Shown: one piece after another, positions 1 through 12,385 of the stretch
How the letters are laid out: every line of letters begins with the position of its first letter
Position numbering within the stretch: the stretch's first letter is position 1
Origin: Naegleria gruberi
Lineage: Eukaryota
Assembly: GCA_000004985.1 (NCBI GenBank)
Contig: GG738898.1
Strand: one strand, 5' to 3'
DNA length: 64,000 bases
Notes under the pieces: model-generated
The model's input: only the letters and a program-made list of their open reading frames with translations
Told to the model about the DNA's origin: nothing
Database searches by the model: none
Translations under genes and position numbers: made by a program

Positions 1-391
1 TCGATTCCACATCAAAACAGTATGTATATTGACAATGTGTTCCAAAGAACTGTTCCTCACATGTACATGACGACGTTTCATTACTGAGCCAAGAACAGTT
101 ACCATGTCCTGAACATGTGATCATGGTACTGTTATTATACTCACTTTCATTCCATGTCTTGGCTATCGAAGAACACTCCACATACTCGCACTCTTCTCCA
201 TAAAATCCCAACTGGCATTCACATTCAGTGTCATTTGTACAATTTCCTCGTCCAGAGCATATATTTATGCTAAGATTATCATCAGTGAATAGCCTTAATT
301 TGCAACTGTTGTGTCCCGATGATGATGTAGCAATTACTTTCGATAAAATTGCTCTCTGAATTATTAAGCATTGTATCACCAATATTATCAT
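1..391 (-). CDS. Partial secreted EGF-like repeat protein. It has an N-terminal signal peptide followed by EGF-like Cys-rich repeats and runs off the window start. There is probably an intron or frame change near 250-330.
   Basis: The minus-strand frame reads MIILVIQCLIIQRAILSKVIATSS...ICSGRGNCTNDTECECQLGFYGEECEYVECS...CSGHGNCSWLSNETSSCTCEEQFFGTHCQY. This is typical EGF spacing (CxCxxGxxGxxC). The start ATG is near 389-391. Confidence 0.4.
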   Translation of the reverse strand, partial: MIILVIQCLIIQRAILSKVIATSSSGHNSCKLRLFTDDNLSINICSGRGNCTNDTECECQLGFYGEECEYVECSSIAKTWNESEYNNSTMITCSGHGNCSWLSNETSSCTCEEQFFGTHCQYTYCFDVES

Positions 392-1142
392 GATCATAAT
401 ATTTGTTATTGTTGTTATTCGCGTTTTCCATTTTACTCGCCTCCACACTTTGAATTTCTCATCCAAAAAGGTTGCTCCTTCACACGTATGATGATGAGAG
501 TGAAGATGAACACGAATCGGCATTCTATATTATTATCGTTATGTTGTTTTTATTTGGGCGCTTAATGGTCCAAAACAGAAGCAACACTTCGTGGTTATAT
601 TATTTTTAAGGCTCTGAGGAAAATGAAGATGCGCACTATACCCTTCCTTAGGTTCGAGTTGGGAGAGATGATTTTTTACTCGAATGGAAAACACAAGCGA
701 TGGTGGTGGTTTTGTTTGTTATTTTCTCTTGTTGTTGTTTATTTCATTATTGATTCAAGTGCAAGATAATGGTTGTAACTAACTTAGCCATTTGGTTAAA
801 GGAAGATATTGAGGAAGTTTTGCTGTAGACCTTCGGAAGATGTGCTTAATTAAAGGAATGGATATGGCGAAGTGTTGATGAAAGATTCACCAAAAAGGAG
901 CTGAAGGGAAATTGCATTTGGCCTCTTTGAGAAAAATCTAATCGTAGAGGGGCAATTAAATTAAAGATGTGTCGTAAAGTTGATAAGATTATAAGATACA
1001 ATCTTGCAAGATTGGAATTCATCACAGCAAAGGTAAATAACCAAGTGAAAAATCAATCAGTAATTCTACAAAGTTTATTGGAAAAGTGAATGTGGACATG
1101 TTGCAATAGTTTTTGATAATTTCCATTCAATACCACAACCTA

Positions 1143-3699
1143 TTACAGTTTAGAAATTTGTTGTTTTGCAAGATTGATCAAGTGAACTTCATCAGGACCG
1201 TCAGCAAGTTGCAATTGACGAGCACCAATCCAAACACGAGCAATGCTGAATGCTGATTCTTCGATTGGTGATGTATAGTCAGCAGGGGATGTCATTAATC
1301 CTTCAGCCCCAAATACTTGAATAGCTCTGTCTGCAACTCTTTTAGTGGCTCTTGGAACGGCAATCTTAATCATGGCAATTTCAGCACGAGCATGTTTAGC
1401 TCCCACCTTATCAATCATGTAAGCTGCCTTTAAAACCAATAGTCTTGCCTGTTCAATGTCAATTCTCGATTCTCCAATGTATTGTTGAATGATGGCATGT
1501 TGTGAGAGAGTCTTTCCAAATGTTTTTCTGGCCTTTGCTCTTCTAACCATCTGTTCAAATGTTCTCTCTGCCAAGCCAATCATTCGCATGGCGTGGTGAA
1601 TTCTTCCAGGACCAAGACGGGCTTGAGCAATGTTAAATCCTTGTCCTTCCTCGAAAATCAAATTCGATACTGGAACCTTGACGTTATCAAATGTGATTGA
1701 CCAATGCCCAGATGGTGCATCATCAAGACCAAATGTAATGGCAGCTCTCTCCAATTTAACACCAGGTGCATCCAAAGGAATGAGAACCATTGATTGTCTG
1801 TGGTGGACGCTTGGATGTTCTGGATTAGTTTGACCCATGAAAATGGTGAATTTACATCTCTTATCACCAGCTCCAGTAATGAACCACTTGACACCATTGA
1901 TAATGTAGTGCTTTCCATCCTGTGTCTTTTTAATGGTGGAACGTACATTGGTAGCATCAGATGAACTGTTATTGTATTCAGTCATGCTAAAACATGATCT
2001 GATTTTGCCGTCCAATAGTGGTTTCAAATACTTTTCCTTTTGTTCTGGTGTTCCAAATTTCATCAAGACTTCCATATTTCCTGTATCTGGTGCATTACAA
2101 TTGAATACTGAAATATGAAATAATTATTTAACATTTTCTTAAGAATGAAAAAAACAAACCTTCTGGTGCAATAAATGATCTTCCCATAATTTCTGCCAAA
2201 ACTGCATATTCCACATTTGTCAAGTGTTCAGTTGGATGATGGTGCACGAGGAAGAAATTCCACAAACCTTCCTTCTTTGCCTTTTCTTTTAATTCTTCGA
2301 GAATTGGAGGAGTATCCCACTTGTCCTTCATTTCGTGAATTTGATTTTCAAAAATCTTTTCACCTGGATAAATGTGTTCATTCATGAACTTTTCCAATTT
2401 TTCCTTGAGACGAAGAGCTTTGGTAGAGAGACCAAAATTCAATCCAGAATCACTCACTGTCAAATTGTCCTTCTCTGAATTTACAATCAATTCCCAGGCA
2501 ACATCTGATAATGAACCAGCTAACAAACCAACTTGAAGAGCATAATCACTGCTTGCATTTCCTTGTTTGTATCGTTTATAGACTCCCTGAGTAATTCCAA
2601 CAAGTCTGAAAATTGAAAATGCCAAATAGAAATGCCACTTGTCGATTGGTTTACGCTTGGCAAAGGTAGTGTACAAATTTAAGCATTCAGCCTCTGTTAA
2701 AATACCAGTCTTTTGGAAGTTTACATCCTTGAGACCAGTAAATCCAGGCATTCTTGGAAAATGATAATACATGCAAGAGTAGGCCAAATCAGCAATTGGA
2801 TGACCCAAAGTTGACAATTCCCAATCCAAAACAGCAATTACTCTATTCTCGGTAGGATGGAATATTACATTATCAAACTTGTAGTCACCATGTGTAATAC
2901 ATGAAGATTCTGTCAAAGTCTCTTGTGGAATATTTTGAGGCAACCACTTGATCAATCGATTCATAGTTTCATTTTCATGAGTTTCAGAAGCAACATATTG
3001 TCTAGTCCAAGTTGTAATCTGTCTCTCATAGTAATTCTCCTTCTTTTGTCCATTATTATTATTCAATGATGATGCTGCCTGTTTATACAATCCATTCAAC
3101 AATTCAAAATCTCTAAAATTCACACTATGCAATCTGGATAAAGTTTTCACAAAATCAATCATCATTTCTCTTCTATCATCGGCAGTCAATTGATCTGGTC
3201 CCTTTGCATCTGAAACTCCTCCTCCAACAACTTTATGCATTTGAGTAAAGGTAGCATCCTTGAAAATTCTACCTCTCACAAACTCCATCAAGTAAAATTC
3301 AGTGCCAATCACTTCAGTTTCCCTGCAATACAAGTACATGTTCGGCACTGGAAATCCAATCGAGTGCAAACTCTTCATGATGGCATATTCTCTGTAAATA
3401 TCGTGAGCTGAAGGTAGGAGTTTTCCAGGTGGTTTCTTTCTTAAAACCAATTCAATTGTATTTACTTGTTGTTGTTGATCCTTTGATGATGTTGTTGTTG
3501 GTGCTAATTGAATAACAACTTTAAAAGAAGGATTTGATTGCCCATCCGAAAATTGTACAATGCTCTGTAGGGAAAGGCTTGTTGTATGATGATTATTGTT
3601 GGTCTTGTTGAAAACATGAACGTTTTGTGAAAGATATTTGGCAAAGGCCTCCACATTGAACATGTGTTGAGGTCGAATTTGAATATTATTGCTGATCAT
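1143..3699 (-). CDS. ACAD10/ACAD11-like fusion protein with an N-terminal aminoglycoside-phosphotransferase-like (APH) kinase domain and a C-terminal acyl-CoA dehydrogenase domain. It has two exons, about 2160..3699 and 1143..2107, separated by a 52-nt intron at about 2108..2159.
   Basis: The upstream ORF reads ...FKVVIQLAPTT...VLRKKPPGKLLPSAHDIYREY..., which is the APH motif pattern of ACAD10/11. The downstream ORF reads FNCNAPDTGNMEVLMKFGTPEQKEKYLKPLLDGKIRSCFSMTEYNNSSSDATNV, the ACAD N-terminal domain. The splice from GAAG|gtttgt...atttcag|TATTC keeps the frame (…IAPE-V-FNCNAPDTGNMEV…). The stop is TAA at 1143-1145. Confidence 0.8.
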
Positions 3700-3845
3700 T
3701 TTGTTTTTATTTGATTATTTTATTATTTGATCATGTTGATGATGGAAGGACAAGTAAATTGATCCGTATCGTTGCTTTGATTTTCTCTCCGATTCTTATT
3801 GAGTACAACAAGAAGAATATTGCTCCGTTACTATTTGTTGTTTTC

Positions 3846-6800
3846 TTAAATATTGCAATTGATGGAATGTTTTTCCAAGAGTGGAATTAAATCATTCTTA
3901 AACTTCTTCTCAAGATAGACACTCATTTGGAGATTTTGCTTACTGACATGTTTTCTACGTTGTGTGAGACCTTCTTTGAGTTGGTAGGCAAGTTGAGAGA
4001 GTCTGGTCTTGTATTTCTCAATTAAGAGTTGATTTTCCTCAGTGAGATTTTCGAGAGCCTCTGGTGATAGGTAGCGTTCCACATCCTTGTAGATTCCTCC
4101 GTGAATTCTTGGATCAATTAGGCCAGTCAGCTCAGAATCAAGAGAGGCTGTTAGTAAATTACTTTCATTCAATTTGTGGCTAACGACCAATTCCTGAACA
4201 GCATGAATTCTCAATTCTAAATAGTAAATGGCCACTTCAAGACTGTTCAATTTGAAGAGCTTCTTTTCACGAACTTCCTGAATGGTGTACATGTTAGGGA
4301 ATGGTTTCTTGATGGCAAAGAAGAAAATTGAGCCATCTTGATCATCCATTGATTGTTTTGGTTCATCCATATTGCCAGCACTTGCTGATTTTTCCTCTGT
4401 TTGTTCTCTCTTAACTTTGACTCTTTTGAAAACTTTGATATTGTGACTCTTGTGATATTGTTGAATCTTTGGTGAGATAGTTGGATCTAATAATTTGAAA
4501 CTATCCTCCCCAGTAGTTTCATCCATGAAAGAGTTAATTTCCTGTTGACTGGATGGCTCAACTGGGGCCAAAAAGATAACTTGCTGTTCACTGGTTCTGA
4601 ATTTAGTCTCATCGAAACTGGATGGAATTTCTCTCTTAATAGTAGCTCCCTTGAATTTGAGTTTGATAAAGTTGACAAAATCTGCAAGTTTTTGATGATG
4701 AGCATTAAAGATAAAGTTTGTGTTCGACATGGATTTACCATAAAATCCAACAAAGTAATACTTGTTGTACTCTCTGATGGAGGTGACAATCTTCTTGTAG
4801 AGCTTACTCTCCTCTGAGTGAACCACTGACAATTCGGCATAATTCATCTTGTTCTTGTAAATGACACGAAGCTCCTCATTGAGAGAGATGGCTCTTTCCC
4901 AATCCTTACCCTTCTCGAACAAGTCAATAACTTCCTTGTAGAGTTTAATCTTTCTTGTACACTCTGGCTCTTCTGGATAATTGTCAGAGAAGAGAGGCAA
5001 CTCAATGTTACTATTAAAGTTTAACATTTGTGCATGTTGGAAGATGGCAAGACCAGCTTCAATATAACGTTTTCTACTCTTCTGCATACTAGCCAACAAG
5101 TGCAAATACTTGAAATACAATTGAACATTGCTATTCTTCTTGAAGGATTTGAGAGCGTTCTTGAAGGACTTTTCTTGATTTTGGAAATTCATGGTATTTG
5201 GATCATTGGTGCTGGCAGCCTCGATATCTCTAATTTGTTTGAGCAAGTGATGAAGAGATTCCATTAAAACATCCATCTTGTTTGCAAATTCATCCTCTGC
5301 CTCAGGTCCCAACAATTCTACCATCAGTTCCTTGTAAGATTTGAGCTTGGATTCAACACATGAAATGAATGTTCTCCTAACTCCTTCAAGACCAGAAACT
5401 TCACTGAAAAATCTTTCAGTTGCAGCTTCACACAATGACAAGGAATTTCTAGAAATATGCTCCAATTTCAATAAATCAAAGAATAAATTCTTGGCCACTG
5501 ATGCAATTTCAGAGACATGAATCTTGAACAATTTGATTGTCTTTTCGATTAAATCAGGAAGGAGACTTTCTTGCAGTTGTAGTGGTGAAAAGCTCCAAAT
5601 ACAATCATAAAAGACCTGTAGAATTCCGTGACGAGTATCGTTTTGACTGAGGAAGAGTTTTCTGTCATAGGATGGCATCTTTTCTGGTTCAAAACTAAAG
5701 ATGGCATCAAACAAGTGCCTAACCAACAATTGAGAGAGTTTAACAATTCTATAAACATTAAACTCAGCAGGAGGTGAATTAGTTGACACGGATCGTTCTT
5801 GTGACAAGTTGTGAATGGTAGTGATGGAGCAACCTTCCATGGTTGTAATGTACTTTTTCAACTTTAGGAAAATCATTAGAATAATGTTTGCAATTGTGCC
5901 GTATTGGTAAATGTTGAGTTGTGTCCAATTCTTTGGGAGTGGGTTCTTCTTGGATAGCACAATAGAAATCAAATCCAAGAGAAGGTCCTTTGTATCGAGT
6001 TCGGCAAGTTGTGAATTTTCATTCAAATTTGCAAAGATAGTATCCAAAACTCCCTTGAATGTTAAAAGATCTAAAAAGTTAACAATGGTGAGAATAATAT
6101 CACAACTGATACGTTTGGCTTGGTTGATTTCTGGTTCAAATTTTTTGGCAATCAATGAATTATTTGTCCTGGCATCTCTAGTAGTGGAATCCAAAGTTTG
6201 AGTGGCTGTCTCTTGTTCAGTTCGCTCTCTGGAATATTCTGCCTCCAATTCTTCTGTTCTCTCCAGAGAAACATCAAAAGCCTCCTTCAACATGCTCAGT
6301 AAACCGAAAAAGTCAATCAAACTTGTGGCACATTCTTTCATCTTCTCTCTGTGCTCCTTGCTTAGAAGAGCAGTGTCAGTTTCCTCCTCACTAACAACAG
6401 TCATTCGTTCCGTTTGATGCTCGGAAGTTGTGGAGATGTTCAAATCACCCAGTCCAAAAGTACTCTTAAATGACTTGCCATCGTGTGACATACGAGTTTT
6501 GAAGAGATGAATAATCTTGTTCATGATCGATATTGATTTTGGTTCGAGGAAACATTCACTATAACCCTCAAGTGCCTCTAAAACTATTGGATAGAGAGTT
6601 TTAGATAGTGTTCCTTTTTGGAAAGGTTCTGAGGAAATGATATTATCAAAAAAGTGTAACTTTCGGTAAGATTCTTCTGCAGGTATGGCAGAGGAAAACT
6701 TTTCAATAATTCTTCCTAATCTATGTTCATTGAACAAATCTCGTACTGTTGTGAAAAAGTCTGGTGTCATTGTATCAAAGAGGGCATTCTTGACAGACTT

Positions 6801-9800
6801 GAAGATTGTTATTGTTTCTGTTTCTGGCTTTTGAATGAGCTGGTTAAGTTTTACATTTATCAGAGAAAGCTCATTCTGGAAAAATCTCAACTCCTCCTCA
6901 GCAAATTGTGGATATTTACGTTTAAAGTTGGTGAGGGAACTCTCAGCAATTTTGAGTAAATAATTAAGAGATTTGATGGCACGTATAAGTTTTTCTTTTG
7001 TTCCTACAGTCATATCATCAAGCTTAATCAAATCAAAATGCTTATTCAGGTAGAAAAGTATGAAACGATGACTCAGACTGTACTGAAGAGACTTCTTGAA
7101 ATCCTCAATGATAGAGATGGATGTTTCTGGAGAATCAACAAACTGAGCCAACAAAATACAAATCTTTTCAAAGACCTTCTGTAAAAGTTGACTCTCTTTG
7201 AATTCAAATGAATCACTTGTCTTTGGTTTGCCATACTTGTTGGCAATTCCAAGGAATGATGTCATTATCTCACGGAAACATATAGTCGTATCGACTGTCT
7301 TGAAGTCAATATTGTTAATAATTGATTGAATGTTAGTTTCATCCATAATATCCCACTTTAAAAAGTCTCTCAGATTAGGATTGATCGCAATTGAAGTAGA
7401 GACAACATTAACAGCAAGACAGAGCTTGGCATTCTTTTGACACTTTTGTTTGATTGGTTCATTTTGGTCAAATTCATGAATATTCGTAAAGCCCTTTGTG
7501 AAATCATAGCATGGAAGAGGATCAATTTGAGTTTCATTTCCAAGTGTTAGAGTTCTGGTTCCATCATCAACATGGAAGTAAGCGAAAAAGTCTGGTGAAA
7601 TTTCATATGCATTCTTCTTGGTATTTACAACATAAAATTCGAATACAATGATGGCAGATTGAAGTTGATGAGAATTTACATTGACTAACAGAATTTCACT
7701 CCATGATGGGTTTTTCATTCTCACAATAGCACTATTAAAGAGTAAATTAAATTGTTTGATTATTCCTACTTACGATCTGTAAACTCTCTGCTTTCTATTG
7801 ATATCACATTGAATAGTCATACCATCTTTGCCCTTTATGTACATCTTAGCTTCGACAAAGAGAGTCTTGACATTCTTGTTCAGAACATTCTTAACATTGA
7901 TATAGATATCATTTCTAATATCGTCCGATATGATAGAACTGCTGAATCTTGTCATTGGAACGAGAGGAAGTTGAGAAAGTTGAGGATATTGCTTGTATGC
8001 TTTGTGATAATCTCCTGTGACCATACTGAGTGAAACATCAATTCCCATAATATCCTCTCTCTCAAGATTTTGATCATCATTCATTACTTGATCGAGGAAG
8101 GAATCCAAATTGTCATTGCTCTTGAAGTTGAAAAAGGTAACCTCATGTTTAAGAGTGACACCACCAGCAAGTTCAGAAACCACAGACTTGGTAAGTTTTG
8201 GTGAAACACCAACCGCCATAGGTATTCTGCAATCCAAAAAGGTCTTTCCATTGACTGGTGTGTCCAATTTAACTCTCTCCACTCTGAAGGCACGTACAAG
8301 AATGAGCATTTGTTCCCTCTCTATGAAAGCTCTTGAAACATCCTTGAAGAGTGCATAGAGATTTTGTCGTTGTCTAAGAGTTGCATCTTCCTCATCATGG
8401 TTGCCTGAGGAATTAATAGAAACATGTCNNNNNNNNNNNNNNNNNNNNNNNNNNNNNNNNNNNNNNNNNNNNNNNNNNAACTTGTCGCTATCTTCAAAAC
8501 CTCTTCAGGGCCAGTAACACTCACTCTAGAATGATGCATGCTCGATGTGAAAATAACCAAATCTTCAGAAAGGAATGATTTGGTAGAAATATCAAACAAA
8601 CTAAATCTCCACTCCACTTTCAAATAGTAGGAACAGCCTCCAATTTCTATGGCCAATTGAGAGTTTCCTTCAGGTATTCTACTATATGATCTTCTCTTAG
8701 TCTTTAAAATGCTAAGGGCCAAATTACTCTCCTCCTTGTCAATAGTTTCCCAGTACATTTTGTACAAGTCGAAGAGAGGAGTATTGAGAGGTGACAATTT
8801 TTCGCCATTCTTCTTAATAACAACATCTTCACTAAAGAGAGATGCCCCCTCCTCTCTCAAGCTTACTTGAGATTTGAGAATTTCCTTCATTCTGGATTTG
8901 TAATTTTCCGAATCTTCTCTCCTCTGATAGGAATAATAATCAATGAGATAATTGATCATTCTAGCTTCAATTTCGAATACTCTCATGAATCGATCTCTGT
9001 TATCTTCCTGAGTTACCAAGGATTCAAAGTGACTCAAATTCCACTCATACACAGTTTCAATCATGGACTTGCAGAAAGGAACAGCCAAAAATGGTGAGAA
9101 CCAATTATCCTCCAAGAAGGGAACAATTTCTCGTTGATAGTGTTGTGACATGTTTTGCAAGATTTCAACACTAGCTCCCAAATAGTTCGATTGTGCATAA
9201 ATTTGTTCTGGAAAGACATTTCCAAGAGCTATCAATGCATTCGAAATGATAATATTTGCATTCTTTGGAGCTATGGCAAAAGCTGCATTGGAAGCAATGC
9301 TTTGGCTTCTTTTTCTGTCATGATTGCTACCTTTTGGAGAGAGTAATTTATCATTGTCATTACCACCACTGGAAAAGATGTTATCTGCAAGGGAAGAAGT
9401 TCTCTGATTGGAAAATTCTTCTCTGCTAGCACTTGCTGAGAAAACATTTGACAAGTTCATACCTGACAAATTCAAACTAGCTCTCTTATTCTTTGAGGAA
9501 TCATTGATAATACTTTGTCTCTTATCCACTGTTGGTGTGAGTGGCTTTCTTTCTGACTTTTCTGAAGGAGTTGGTGATTCATAGCTCTTATCTTTTGAAA
9601 TGTAATTTTCCAATTTTTGTTTGGTAGCACTAAAACTATTCATTAAACCTCTACGAAATGATTTGGCTCGATGTTGTTGATGTTGATTAGCAGGTGAAGT
9701 AAATGTTGGACTGACGTGTCCAGTTCCATTCATGTGTAAATTACTATCCGAAATGCTAAATGCACTATTAGAAAGAAATAAATTATTTGATGGAAGTGAT

Positions 9801-11556
9801 TGTGGTTGTGTTGTTCCATAAAGTCTTGGACTTGTCAATCCAGTTTCTTGCAAAATTGAATTGCTAATGATTGAATTATTATTCATCTCATCCTGGAGTG
9901 ATGAGTTAGAGGAGGACGAAACTGTTATAGGTGGAACAACAATACCTCCTCCATTTCCACTATTAACAGTACCAGCAGGAGTACTGCCACCACTAGAATT
10001 ATTTTCATTAGAAAGGAATGGATTATTTGGTGATCCATTATTACTGTTCATGTTAGAAGATAGAAGAATTTGCAACTCTTGGGCTTGGCTCTTCAAAATT
10101 AAAAGCTTGTGAATTTCTGGTTCCATCATCCGATCGTGGTGATAAAAAGTTTGATTGTTGACTGTTGAGTGAAGAACCCATGGCTTGCAATTGTTGTTGA
10201 ATGTAAGCTAGAGTAATTTCCTGGTTGAGTACCAATGATTGTCTATTAGGATTATTCTCAATACCTGTTGAGAGTTGATAATTCAAAGAGAAGGGATTAT
10301 TTGGACTTCCATCAAATCGAATCACATGAGTGGCAGGAAAGAAACCTTTAGAAGTCATGTTCAACTTGTCCTGTTGTTGATCACCTCCATTAGAATCATT
10401 CTTCCTTCTCTTGGATGATGACGATTTGGAAATTTCCTTATCATCTGATGCAGTAATTATCATGGAATTGTGTTGTTGTGTCCAATTTCCAACACCATTA
10501 TCATTGGTGGATGAAGCAGCAGCCACAATAGCAGCTGAGAGATAATTGGTTGGTTGGAGACCACCTGTTGGAGAGGTCGGCATCATGTTGAGAGTATTGG
10601 GTGAAGTGGGTGGTGGTAGAATAATTTGTGGATCCGAATCAGAGAGGGAACTAGAACCCAGGAGGCCATTGTTGTTGTTATTCCTTCTCGAGGAGGCTCC
10701 TGATGGTGATTTGGATTTTAGAGAGGGATGGGCAAGATTGAGCATACTTGGGAATCTGTTGGGTGATTTAATTGATGAAGAATATTATTAGTAGTATGAT
10801 GATGTAATTAATTAATAATTGGTTAAATATCATGACGATGATTGGTAAGAGAAAGATGATAAATATATGAACGTACCTTTCGCCCTTGTACCATCCTTCG
10901 TTTTCTCCCTTGATGAGAACTAAATCTCCCAAGGAAAGTTTAATGCAATAGTCGGCATATTGTGCTGGTGGTTCAAAGGGTTGAATGACTAGTAGCAGAC
11001 AATTTTAAGATCATATTCGATTTTCCATAAAATATTTTGAAAATATTTTTTCGAATTGTTTTGTGTAACAGTAAAAAACAGACAAAAGTGGCGGCAGAAG
11101 TGGTTGATATGATATCAGGTTATTTGTATGTTGATGTTATCAAATAATCCAAATATTTAATCCACAATCATGATGATTCAACAACATGTTATCATATGAT
11201 GATCATTTGATCAAAATAACAAAAATATATCCGTGTTCATAATTTTCCAATACAATTTCATACAAATTTCCATCAACAAATGTTATCATAATTTTCCATC
11301 AATATAATGATGACGATGATCATATGAAAGATAATAGTAATTGCCAAAATATCAATGTATATTGATTTCATACAAAATTAGATGATGATCATTCGTTGTA
11401 TGAGAAACAATCAGCAACAAGACTAAACCTACCAATTCCGAATGTATGTTCATATTGTGGCCACAATTGTTTGGGCGTATTATTGTTGAAGAATCCTAGG
11501 GAACCACCTCCAAATATTTCACCAAAAGATGAAATTGTAGATAATGCTGGTGGCAT
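3846..11556 (-). CDS. DOCK180-family Rho/Rac guanine-nucleotide exchange factor with an N-terminal SH3 domain, a DHR-1 (C2-like) domain and a C-terminal DHR-2 domain. The approximate exons are 11433..11556 (ATG); 10877..10988 (SH3); about 10755 down to about 8479, with an N-gap at 8439-8478 and possibly one more small intron near 10100-10160; then about 8438..7774; and 3846..7731. The introns are about 10989..11432 (444 nt), 10756..10876 (121 nt) and 7732..7773 (42 nt).
   Basis: The N-terminus MPPALSTISSFGEIFGGGSLGFFNNNTPKQLWPQYEHTFGI|V|IQPFEPPAQYADYCIKLSLGDLVLIKGENEGWYKGER aligns to the DOCK1 SH3 ([37 protein letters not shown]). The ORF at 7770..8309 contains ISDDIRNDIYINVKNVLNKNVKTLFVEAKMYIKGKDG, a DHR-1 RNDLYVTL-like block. 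Its frame stays open upstream to the N-gap. The GTAAGT...AATAG 42-nt intron joins it in frame to the 1292-aa exon. That exon contains KYLHLLASMQKSRKRYIEAGLAIFQHAQMLN, a DHR-2-like block. The donors are GTAGGT and GTACGT and the splice phases check out. Confidence 0.75.
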
Positions 11557-11763
11557 ATTTTTTTGAGTTTGTTGACGTGTGGTTGATGGTTTGACAGAAG
11601 AACTATCTAAAGTAAGAATTGGCGGTATTAATCAGGAACCAACATACTAATATCGTAACACAAGAATCAATGAGAATAGCAATTTGATTGCACACTTCTG
11701 TTTGGGCAAAGGTCACAGGATATTTATTGAATTGTACATGAATTTTTTCATTAATTATCGCAA

Positions 11764-11850
11764 CCGATGATAGCTCAGCTGGTAGAGCATGGGACTGTAG
11801 CAAGAAAAACTGTCATCCTGTGGTCGGCGGTTCGATTCCGTCTCATCGGA
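11764..11850 (+). tRNA. tRNA-Tyr (anticodon GTA) with a 14-nt intron at about 11801..11814 between positions 37 and 38.
   Basis: The sequence is CCGATGATAGCTCAGCTGGTAGAGCATGGGACTGTAG[caagaaaaactgtc]ATCCTGTGGTCGGCGGTTCGATTCCGTCTCATCGGA. It is near-identical in architecture to the canonical eukaryotic tRNA-Tyr-GTA, with a 7-bp acceptor, a TΨC arm GGTTCGATTCC and an A73 discriminator. A T-run follows. Confidence 0.85.
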
Positions 11851-11852
11851 TC

Positions 11853-11857
11853 TTTTT
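11853..11857 (+). terminator. RNA polymerase III terminator (T5 run) immediately 3' of tRNA-Tyr.
   Basis: tcTTTTTgtt directly follows the tRNA 3' end. Confidence 0.6.
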
Positions 11858-12385
11858 GTTGTTTTCTGTAATGAAAGAAGCTTTTAAACCAATTTCTGTG
11901 TACGGTTGCTTTTTCTAGAAACATGCTGACCTGGAGTCGTTATCAATTCAAGATATGAATATTACAAGGCATGGTTCAATGTTTTTTATCAATGAAACAT
12001 TCTATTTGAACTTAAACTTCTAATAGCAACACATACAAATGATTACAATAGTATCCAATAGTCTTCCACGATTATTCCTTCTCTCAATATTTTATAGACC
12101 TGACTTCCAAATTATCATATATAGCTGGAGATAAGGAGTTTAAAAATGAGCGATTCATTACAAGGAAGTCTAATTCGAATTTATCCCTACGAAGAGTGAA
12201 CAGTACTACTTCCTTTTCCATTTCATCATCTCATTTAATTATTTCCCCCAAGCAACCTTCCACTGTAATCAGAGCAAGATCCCGGCTCCGTGAAAAGGTC
12301 GTCTCTGTGTGAATGCTATTAAACTATTGCCTTCTTGTGTTGTGGTCTGCAAATTTCAATCAAGAAAAAAACTTGTGAGATTAGT

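Noticed and set aside
371-565. 64-aa plus-strand ORF (MYHQYYHDHNICYCC...)
   Set aside because: It is antisense to or overlaps the 5' end of the EGF-like gene. Its composition is odd and it has no support. It is likely spurious.
1630-1957. Short ORFs on both strands inside the ACAD exon
   Set aside because: They lie inside a well-supported conserved coding exon in other frames, so they are frame-shadow ORFs.
8321-8438. Apparent C-terminus '...MMRKMQLLDNDKISMHSSRMFQELS*' of the 602-aa ORF
   Set aside because: This frame is an artefact of the N-gap at 8439-8478. The DHR-1 frame (…NLYALFKDVSRAFIEREQMLILVRAF…) is open right up to the gap and is the real coding frame.
10053-10160. Exact junction between the 230-aa N/S-rich ORF and the 'MMEPEIH' ORF of the DOCK gene
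   Set aside because: Two phase-1-compatible candidate introns exist, GTCAAC...AACCAG of 46 nt and GTTCTT...AACCAG of 61 nt. Both have weak donors. I cannot choose between them without transcript data, so I did not assert a boundary.
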